DNA of 64,000 bases, from assembly GCA_964304625.1 (NCBI GenBank), contig OZ199840.1, forward strand, positions 944,533 through 1,008,532, written 5' to 3'. Shown in pieces: positions 53,879 to 64,000 of this stretch (position 1 is the stretch's first letter; each line of letters begins with the position of its first letter). The stretch comes from Kudoa neothunni (lineage: Eukaryota > Animalia > Cnidaria). A program made the position numbers and the translations under genes. The notes below the pieces were generated by a model. It made no database searches and was not told the origin of the DNA. It saw only the letters and a list, made by a program, of their open reading frames with translations.

Positions 53879-55753
53879 GGCAGTGGCTATTGGCACGGTA
53901 CCGTTAATCCCCATGCTCGGGATTGGCTACTGGCACGGTAATCGATATCTCCATAGCCGCTTCTCAGTTTATAACCAAATTTCGCAAACTTATTTACTGA
54001 TGTTTTTCCTACAAAATTTTCAATAAAAACATAAAACATATGTTTATCATCATGATGACCCCATTAAATGGAATGGAATTTTTAAAATAACAAATTATAA
54101 GCTGTTATTAACGTATATAATCTTTTAAAATTAATTATAACCAGTATTTTCATAATATATAAAAAATGGACGTCCGCCATTATTCATTGGTTTGGGCGCG
54201 CGGGTAATGACCACCTTGTTTTATACATTTGTTTGCGCTGTTTCTTACATCAGAATTTTTGTCACAATGAGAAAAATAGAAATATTTGACTTCCAAAAAA
54301 GTATACTTAATGGAATCAAACGATAAATTTTCGTTATGGCTTACTTGGAAACATTCGATTATTGTTTTCTTTTTTTTCGTAGGCCTATGGCTGTTAATCT
54401 TTTGCCCCTAGGTCTTCCTACTGATTTTAGTTAATTATTGGGAAGAATAAGACCTATTAGATATTATCTCATTTTGAACATGTAATAAGTTGCGATTAAT
54501 ATCGTTGTATGTTGATACGTGTGCTATATCAGAGATATTATGTAAATTAGCATTACAATCATCTTCCAATATTTCATTTCTTGTTTTTTATCGAATGACT
54601 TATCAATTATTACCGCTCGGTCTGTAATTTCTGTTAATAATAAACAACGATAATTTGAACGGTTGTTCTACCACCAGAAAATTCTTAAACGAATATTACC
54701 TGAAAAATTGTCATCTTTTTTGTTGCAGGAATCTTCGACATAACTTACTTCTGTAATAAATAGAAACAGTCACAAACTAAAATATCACCATATTCTTTGT
54801 CGGAATTTTTGATAATTTTAACTTATGACAAATAAAAATAGTAATTATTAGCAAAAGTACTTTTTCCAGTTCCGCGATTTTCATGTTTCTTAGCAAAAAA
54901 ACAAACGTATTTTATTTCATAATAAACCATTAAAGGGTTAAGGTATCTATTCATTCGTTTCTGTGCATTTACTATAGATGTTGAGTTGTATATTTTAAGA
55001 TTACAACATTTATTCTTTTCATAAGCATAAATTGTATCGCGTAGTGAATCAATTGAGGGAAACTTCTTTCCTATCTCAAATAAGTTGGTTCGTTATTGCA
55101 TTGACTTGTTTGCTCCATATCTATGAATTTAAAATTGTGCGATTATGTGAATTCATACGTCGTATAAGTATCACTGCCTTAAAATAAAACTGAAATCATT
55201 TAATATTAAATCTAATGTAGAACGGTTACAAATATCTTGGTATTATGATCTTTATTCCAAGAAATATCCCAAATTTTTTTTCTACTTTCTTATGCTGGCA
55301 ATTCATTATCCAATAATTATCATAAAACTTACATAACATCATATATTACAAATATAGAAAAATAGAGGTTAAATTTTTAATACTACTACGTAACATAAAA
55401 ATTATAAATGGGTTTATATATTTTTGATGCAAACATCTAAATTAATTATTAGCGAGTCTTGACACGTGGTGTAGTTTTTGCACGTCCAAACCAATGAATA
55501 ATGGCGGACGTCCATTTTTTATATATTATGAAAATACTGATTATAATTAATTTTAAAAGATTATATACGTTAATAACAGCTTATAATTTGTTATTTTAAA
55601 AATTCCATTCTATTTAATGGGGTTATCATGATGATAAACATATGTTTTATGGAAAATTTTGTAGGACAAAAATCAATAAAAAGTTTGTGAAATGTGGTTA
55701 TAAACTGAGAAGCGGCTACGGAGATATCGATTACCGTGCCAATAGCCACTGCC
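53879..55753. mobile_element. Long-TIR (about 270 bp) DNA transposon relic, Mutator/foldback-like
   Basis: 53879-54198 is a high-identity inverted copy of 55483-55753, with ends GGCAGTGGCTATTGGCACGGTA. Internal minus-strand relic KSVGRPRGKRLTAIGLRKKRKQ (~54360-54430). No clear TSD. Confidence 0.8.
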
Positions 55754-55889
55754 TATGAAAATATTATGAATTAACAGAAAACAACCGTAAACATTCGGAT
55801 TAACCCACCCAGTTCATTGAATGGGGTTAAAATGAACAAATATACCTTTTTATATAATAATAGATTAGTATTCGTTATAATTCATTCAA

Positions 55890-58801
55890 ATGAAATTTAA
55901 TAACATAAGGTTCATTCCCTTGACTATAATTGCATGTAAATTAAATAGTGGTTGGTTTCATTAATTATTAATTAGTCGCATATTCTTATTCTACATCAGA
56001 TACTCCAAATGCTGCCAGAGAAGTTTATTATCAGTTGAAAGATCCTCTTCATAATTCCCCTACAGTTAACATTGAATTAAAAGGTTCAGAATATGAAGGA
56101 ACGAAAAAATGTCGTATAATGAAAGAAAACGCCAATGGAGACGACTATGATGAAATAAATAGATGTGAGAGCAGGGAAAATGGTATTCATAATATGTGTG
56201 TCCGATCCTGTACTGGAAATGACAATAATCTTGACTATATATATTTCTCCCCAAGGTCGAAATATGTTTACATAAAGGACGGGAATGCTGCAACTGATGT
56301 AAATGAGGAAGCACATAAAAAGGGTGGAAATGTTTTTGGGTTTCAAATACGTATAATTGAATAACTTCTTTATATATTAATGAAAACTTAGCGTTGTTGT
56401 TTGACCCGATTATTCTGAGTCAGACCCATATGAGTGATCAATTGATGCTGAGGGCGGTTACTTGTAAACCAGTTGCATGTCCTATTTATTACAAAGGCAT
56501 AAAATACAAAGATGTACCTGCAGGAAACGATTGTGGATCACCTTACTCCAATAGTGATGACATCTATGCCAACTCGGTTGAATACGGCATAAAAGTTCCA
56601 TATTTTGAAGTGAGGTGCACCGACTATCCCATATTCTACTACCATCTGCCGAATTATTATATGAGAGAGGAAACAGACATTTATAAGCCACAGTTCTACG
56701 TTAAATATAAATCTGCAGATGAAAAGTCGCAATATCAACTTAAATTCACCAACTCATTTCCAAGTGAAATATGTTTATTCAGTATTAGAGACGGGGCCGA
56801 TAATCCAAATCCAACTGTTTACTCCTCGAAGTGCGGTAACACAAACAAACCTTGTTATGCCCCATGTGACGACGTGGAGCTCACTCTTGAACAAACTAAA
56901 CCCGTCGTTGAAATATTGATTCAAAGAAGACATCATAATTTAGTAGCAGGTGATCAGAGGCAAATACAAGGATATACCTACAAAAAATATGGTGAATAAA
57001 TAATTTATTTCCCCTACTAAGTTTTTATAGCTATAATTGAACCTCGTGGAGAGGATAAGGCACTGATTTCTTCTATTACAACCACTGGAGTTAAAATAAA
57101 TCTACCGTTATTGGCGCCATCGACTGGAACTAGCGTAAACTTTGATCAATGCAATATTAAATATTATGCCGCAGGTACGCCTAAGGACGGTCAAAATAAA
57201 GAAGCGCAATGCTCAACAGAAAGGAAATGCTCCAATAGTTGCAGTTCAGTTGCCACTATACAAAGCCTACCTAAAGGGAAATCACTCATGTTCGAAATTG
57301 CTTCTTATGAAATACGAAACTATAATGGATTAAAAGAATACCTATATATTGAAACAGGTATTAATACTTCAATTATCCTATTTATAAAATAATAAAGAAA
57401 AAAATGGGGAAAAGTTATTTAATTCGGCCCAGCCAACTCTGAGGGATACGTCTATCATAATAAAAGCAATAGATGGAAGTCCTGGAAATGAATCAACCGA
57501 GCCTGTATGTGACTTCTATGTTAGTGCTACAGGGAAAAATCTGTTTGTAGAAGCTGTATGTTTGGATAGCGTGCCCTGCAGAGGCTTATGCAAAGATTCC
57601 AAAACTGTTGTTGACCTTGAGCCTAATACAGCGTACGACGTTAAGGTGGTAGCATATTCCGAGTATGGTTCTACTACATTTCCCAATCTTAAAACGAGTA
57701 ATTATGATTATTATATGAATGTTTTCAGTAATATTTAAAATAGTATTTTCCAATCTTGCGCTTGCTAAAGAACCATTAGACAGGGGTTACAGAATCAAAG
57801 GCATATTGTCAACACCGTACGCTAAAGCGCAATGTCATTATCAAATTAAAGAGAAAAGGGGTGGTCAATGGGAGACTGTTTTCTCTTGCCCGGCTAATGC
57901 ACCCAAATCAACATTGTCAATAATGCTAAGTGAAAATGATGGAATTATTATTGCTAGAACAGGTACAGACAAACAGCAACCACTCGTAAATCTAGCATCT
58001 ACAAAACATTGTACTGAAGTGCCATTATGTGAAAATATCGTATTCAGTGATGGCTTTGATGCAAACAAGGAATATAAAATATTTGTTACAGCTGTTGGTA
58101 GATCAAAAGAGTCAGTAATTACGATAGAACCAAGTAAACTTTATCAGTTGTTAACAGGAATTATTTTTATCTATTGAAATAATCAATAATAATATTTTCT
58201 CATGATAATAAAAATATTAAAATTTATTTAGAACCATTACCGGTGACCCCAACTGAACCATCGAAAAAAATAACTGTTGTCATTAATCGTAAGGGTACAA
58301 CACTAAAAGTCACCAGCACCCTTCCCGAGGGTAAATCCAAAGGATCCAAATGTAAGTGGACATTGGTAAATTCAAATGATCCTGCAAGACCAACGGTCAA
58401 AAAATGTACTGGAAATCCAGGCGGTGATTGCAACTCACTGCCACATTGTGAAAGCTTCACCATTGAAAATGTTGAGGATTTAAATGATTATCACTTGACG
58501 ATTTATCACAGTGAAGATGCAACAGTATTTGGAGCCGAAGAAATTAAGAAAGGTAAAAATTTTCCTATCGATCAGCTATATTGATTTAAAATGTAGGAGA
58601 AGCGGGAAGTAGATCAACGTAAATATTATAATAGTCAGAAAACTTATTATATTATTTTCTAGGTCAAGCAAAAACACTATGTACTATGTAGGAATTATGG
58701 TCATTTAAATATTAAATTTTAGAATCATCATAGCGGTTGTGGCAATAATTGTTGTGATTGGAGGAATAGGTGCTTTTATTGCATTCCGCAAAAGAAATTA
58801 G
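55890..58801 (+). CDS. Cys-rich multi-module type-I membrane protein, paralogue B (complete)
   Basis: Signal peptide MKFNNIRFIPLTIIA|FAYS (intron 55936-55975), about 7 Cys modules, two micro-exons (58597-58618, 58663-58680), TM helix IIIIAVVAIIVVIGGIGAFIAF, tail RKRN, stop at 58799-58801. Confidence 0.88.
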
Positions 58802-60869
58802 GTTGATTAAACTTAATAAGAAAGCTTGTTTTAGACTTGAATACTTACCGATTATTATTTTCTTATTTTAGATTCAGTATATTTTATTCAGCTATTGGGG
58901 AATAATAATTTTAACCTTAACCTTAAATTTATAGATATTGATTTTTCGAATAACTATTTGTATTTAATTTAAATCCCAAAATAAAATTTGCTATTATAAA
59001 AATTATTGAAATTCAAATAATATGAAGATTTTCGTCTGGTTTAATGTCACCTTGAAAAGTGTTGGTGAATTTTTCAGTTCTTGAACTTACAATAAGTTTT
59101 ATTATAAAGTGTAAAAAAATGAAGTCAATATAATAATATAATGAATTTATGAGATGGATTTACGTATCGGTAGCTTTTTAATTCCGAAATATTTTTATAC
59201 TTAACCAAAATAATTAATATGTTAGAAATTAACTTTTATAAAAGGAAAATAAGGTTTTAAATTTTTGAAATATCCACAGAAAAAATTCCGCAAATATGAC
59301 ACTACAAAAGCTCCTAGATAATTCAATAAGATAAAAAATAAAACTTATATCATGTGTTTAGTGCTTCACAATATGAATTTTTCAGATGAGTAAATGTTTT
59401 AAGTTAAGAAATATGGTGAAACATTGTTTACAAACAATTTTTGAGGAGAAAATTTACATCCTCATATCAAAGTTCTAAATAATAGATTATTACAATGACA
59501 AGGAGATGCAAATAAATTGTATTTAGAATAAATTCTTTTAGCATGGGGCTTTTCGTGAGAACCAGAATCACGTGACAACCGGGGGAGGTGTATAGAAAGG
59601 TAGTGGCTATTCTCATGGAAACGAATAACTTCTTCGTTATAGAATATATTTTAAATCTAATTTCGTATTTAAATTTAACAATTTTTAACCTAATTTTCTA
59701 CGCGAAAATTATTAGAAAATTTAAAGAATAAAAATTCGACATTTTGTCTGCCCTATTTACATTGTTCAATAAGTACACTCACATTTTTGAGCCTAATATT
59801 GTGTAATATGAACATTTTAGTTAAAATGAAACGTAAACATATCTAATGGCGGTTAGAAACCTTTAGTTTAATACGTCTCAACACACGCAGTTCAACTTAG
59901 AATAAGTCATCTCCAATCATTTACGCAACATGTATGTTCCTATCATAACATTTTTTAATATAAATTTAACAAAATTGTCGTTAATCAATGAATATTAATT
60001 GGATTCAAACTATTTTACATCGGTGTAAACCACTTTCATAGGTATCTATAAGAATGTACCATAATTTCGGGGAATTTTAGTTGTTTTCTCCCTACGAATG
60101 TATTTACTTTAATCAGAAGTATGAGAAAGATTTTCATGGTGCCTATTTGTGATTACAGAACCTATGTGTTTAAATTTAAGAGTAAGTCTATACTGCTTAA
60201 TTTAAACTTAATTATCAATTTTTAACAGCCAGGGTAATTCTAAACTTTCTGCATTAATTCCTCTGGTAATGTCTCGGTGGGAAAATTTATAAACTGAAAA
60301 TTTTTTAATGGTGATTTCTGGGGTACGGTTGTTTGACTTATGTAAAGCGAGCCAACAAAGAAATGTAGTAAGTATTATAATAAACAATGTTGGAGTTAAG
60401 AAAACGGTTAATTCCTCTTTAAGAAGCTTGAATTGTTCTGAAAAATTTCATTTTAATATTGCAAACATTTTCTTCCTGATACTGAGAAATGTGAAATTTT
60501 AATAATTTAGAAAAATCAATTTTCACTCACTGAAGAATTAATCAACTTATCCATTAGCCATGATCGTTTAGCTGTGCGCCAAATAAACTTCTCCAAAATA
60601 ACCACATTCGAAATTTTAACATTACAATAATATTTTTTAATAAAAGGTATAGGGTTGAGAAAATCAATTTAAAAGCGCTTCATAGGATGCAATAATGACG
60701 CCACTTTTCAGACTTATTCCATGCAATTGATATTTTATATCTTACAAAAGCTTAAATTTCTTTTCTACAATTTAATGTAATATATAAACTTGTTCTACAG
60801 ATTTAAGTTATTTCAAAGTTCTTTAAAATTTAGAAATAGTCTCAGGAAATAAAACGTCCCACAACCAAA

Positions 60870-62554
60870 TAGGATTCACGCACATATTCAGTCATGGTGG
60901 GTGACACAAGAATGCACGAACAGAAAAGTTTCTACTTATTGGTAAATGTTTTTACTTTTCTTTTCAATTTGCGGTTGTAACAGTTGCATCGCTAAAGTCA
61001 AGGAAATCTTTCCTTGGCACTTGTATATTATTTTGGATACCATATATAATGTATGAATTAATAGAAGTTACACTTAATAAAATGTAAAAATAACAGCTGG
61101 CCATCTTTTAGTTTTCCTATAACTGGAATAACTGGCACATATTAGATCCGTCGTGGCAATTCCTCCATTAGTGGAGTCGTAAAAATTAATCATCTCAGGA
61201 AGCTTTTTCGGATGCTTTGTATTGATAATAGGCTTGTGATGAAATGAAATTAGAATAAGCACGGATTTAATCTTTTTATGTCCATAGGATAATAATGTAA
61301 GATTTATTGTAAATGAAAATTTTGATGTAAATTGCTCTCGTGTTTCTGAAGGTAAATGAGTGGAGGGGATTTCTTTTTTATTCTTTCTTATAGTTCCAAC
61401 CGAAGTCAAGACGTTGTTTAGTAATTTTTCAAATAGTGGGAGAGAAATTAACCAATTTTCAAATCTAATATTTCTCCCAGATTGTAACACTGGTTTTATA
61501 AGACGCATTACGAAACACTGTGGAGAATTATCAACTTTATATACAATACCACATTGAGCTCCAAAATATACTTCGAGATTTAGTGTATAATATGTTTTAG
61601 AGTCACATAAATTATATATCTTGATGTCATATGTGGAAGGCTTTGATGGAATGTATTGATTGAAAATACATCGTCCTCTAAACGGCCACAGCATTCCATC
61701 AATAGTAAGATACTCTGTGGGGCTGTAATATGTCATAAATTTGGAGTTGATATAATTGAAAATATCTCTTATTTTTGGAAATCTATCTTGATTTGAGTTC
61801 ATTGATTCAGTAGAATCGTCGTTATAGCGTAGGCATCTTTTTAAAATTTAAATCCGTTACTGCTGAATGTCTTTCTGCAAATAACAAAACCAAAATCATC
61901 ATCGGCCTAAAGTTCCTGCTTATTTGTTTGATTCTCTTTTTTTATACCTAAAAATGATATAGGTCAATAAATGCCTTCAATTCACACAAATCGAATTCAA
62001 TGCAATCCAGTAATCTTGTGAAATTTGACTGTATCTTCATCAGATGATTATTTGTAAATATCAGTATTCGATGTAGTATTTCATCAGTAATGGATAGACT
62101 TCAAATTTGAGACTTTCTGTATACATCATCAGGCATTTTTATTTGATATTTCTCCATAATCATATCATGCTTTCTTTTCTTTGAAAATAGCCCCGCAGGC
62201 TTCTGGCACCAATCAAACTTAGTAGTATGTGGCTTTTAATTCAAAATAGACGAAGAGTTATCTTTATATTCATCTGTGTCGCCTTCTGTCACTTCATAAC
62301 TATTGTTCTCGAATTCATCATCAAAAACATGGTACAGTCGAGGTCTTATCTATATGAATCTGATACTTCCGAATCAGTTTCATCGCTATGGAAGTTGCAA
62401 AATCTATTTTGGCTCATCGAATTATAATAAGTTATAGAATTGACAAAAATATGCGAATATGTGTGATATATAGGCACCAGTTATTGTAGAATAAGAGCTA
62501 TCGCGCAAAAATTATAACGCGTAATCCATTGGACCCCATGCGTGCTACAAAGGG
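60870..62554 (-). mobile_element. Defective piggyBac transposon (PGBD-like transposase pseudogene)
   Basis: ORF 61074-61802 has PGBD motifs (TIDGMLWPFRGRC..QYIPSKP, VGTIRKNK, YDSTNGG..TD, RKTKRWP). Two catalytic Asp positions are altered (FENW, GGIATTD). The 5' part is broken; a Cys-rich C-terminal relic lies at ~60880-60990. Terminus AAAGGG-TTAA at 62549-62558; other end not found. Confidence 0.9.
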
Positions 62555-63166
62555 TTAATCAAAATTATTAAGTAACTTAAATAGGACTTTCAGTTCTTTT
62601 CAAAATTTAGCGATATAAATTGATCCTCCTAGTTATAAAATTTATTATTAGTCTACAAACGATAAGAAAAAAAATCAACCAAAGGTGCGTCAGAAATAAA
62701 AATATTAATTGTTCCTCTTTTTTTACATATTTATAAAGGATGTTAATGAGGTTTTAAAAAGTTGTGAGCGGTAACGTACGTATTCACTATTTTAACATAA
62801 TTTACCGAGTTGTATATAAATGCAACCTTTTTTTAACAAAAATACTTACTGCGTCAAAAATATGCAAATTTAATTAACAAAATACGATTAAATCTAAAAT
62901 GTAAATGTGTTTTTGGTTTGAAAAATTAGAGGAATGCTTAAATATCAACTGGTTTTCTAGAAAGGAGTACACCCTTTTAGAAATTGTCATACTATTTGAT
63001 TGTTCTAAAAAACTTTCTTCGTATTTGATCTATTCTTACATTAACAAAAACTTTGTGAAAATATCAGTTAGGTCGAGTAGAACAATAATTTCTTATTAAC
63101 TTATATGGCATGTATTGAGAGGGGGTTGTATTTTGTGCAAAAATAATCGTGAATATAAATTTTTAA

Positions 63167-63679
63167 CCCTTTCGACCCGAAATAAAATAAAAATTGAGAA
63201 AAAATATTTTCCGTTATATATCATTTCTAGGTATAAACTTTAAATGGAATACACTCTCTTTTATTTACAAAGTATTATATATAGCTAAATAACTACATGA
63301 TGCCATATGGCATCATTCGTTGTTTCATTTCCCGAACCCGCTATACATCATTATTTTTAATTTTCGATCCAATTTTTAAAAATTATTTGCTTAACAATAA
63401 ATGATTATATTTTTTAAATATAAAATTCAGAATCGTTTATTCCCGTAAATATCGGTACAATAATCCATTATCTGTTAACGCCGTTCACGCCGTTCACGCA
63501 TATTGTCTATTTATTACAAAATAAATAAACAACAGATAATTCTAAATTTTTAAATTCATTTAATGTAGCATGTGTTATAATTTTATACAACGATAGATTT
63601 AAACTATACGTACAAAAATGGAAGAGATATTCCGATATCAATCCGATGATGCTATATGGCATCATTCGGGTCGAAAGGG
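63167..63679. mobile_element. piggyBac-type MITE (513 bp), TTAA TSD
   Basis: TTAA-CCCTTTCGACCCGAA ... TTCGGGTCGAAAGGG-TTAA, a perfect 15-bp TIR. Confidence 0.92.
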
Positions 63680-64000
63680 TTAAATTCAAAGTCAATTATA
63701 TTTATTTTATCGTTCCTTTAACGACAGTGTTATTCGATATAAGCAACATTAATCCAATCACCTTCATTTTCTTCTTTATTGGATTTTATTTTCATTTAGA
63801 AATCATAAGTTCTTACAACTCATATGGCGTATTAATTACTTTAACTAACACGTCGATGAATTAACTAATCTAAAAGTTTGTTGGCAATATTGAATTTAAT
63901 TATAACGTGCTAACATTATTTATGTTTATTTAAAAAATATTTTAAATTTTTTATCTTTAATTAAACGTGCAAAGTAAATAATTTATTCACGTGTATTAAG

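Noticed and set aside
1-64000. CRISPR arrays, operons, rRNA or intact tRNA genes
   Set aside because: The sequence is intron-rich eukaryotic DNA; no repeat-spacer array, rRNA or complete cloverleaf was seen.

Overview
AT-rich, compact eukaryotic (animal-type) genomic DNA. Most introns are very short (about 30-55 nt), so the ORF track fragments genes or misses them entirely. The style resembles reduced parasite genomes (myxozoan/orthonectid-like), but the organism cannot be identified from this window. Conserved genes: SRP receptor alpha (3095-5269, -), ribokinase (9531-11366, +), PCID2 (12816-15173, -; absent from the ORF track) and TELO2 (50239-53823, -). Lineage-specific expansions: five tandem SLC35F1/F2-like transporter genes (17.3-34.3 kb, all -); two head-to-head, highly diverged MAGI-like PDZ/guanylate-kinase genes (37.2-42.3 kb); and two paralogues, 54 kb apart, of an unrecognised cell-surface protein built from repeated 4-cysteine, FN3-like modules (the complete copy is a type-I membrane protein). 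That surface family is the best candidate here for an undescribed system. Intergenic DNA holds many DNA-transposon relics: piggyBac, pogo/Tigger, an intron-containing Merlin transposase, hAT, and a long-TIR Mutator-like element. There is also a GC-rich island of tRNA-like units. The first ~5.3 kb carries several 1-nt indels, mostly in homopolymers, that look like assembly errors. All gene models were spliced and aligned by eye from remembered family motifs; no database searches were run.
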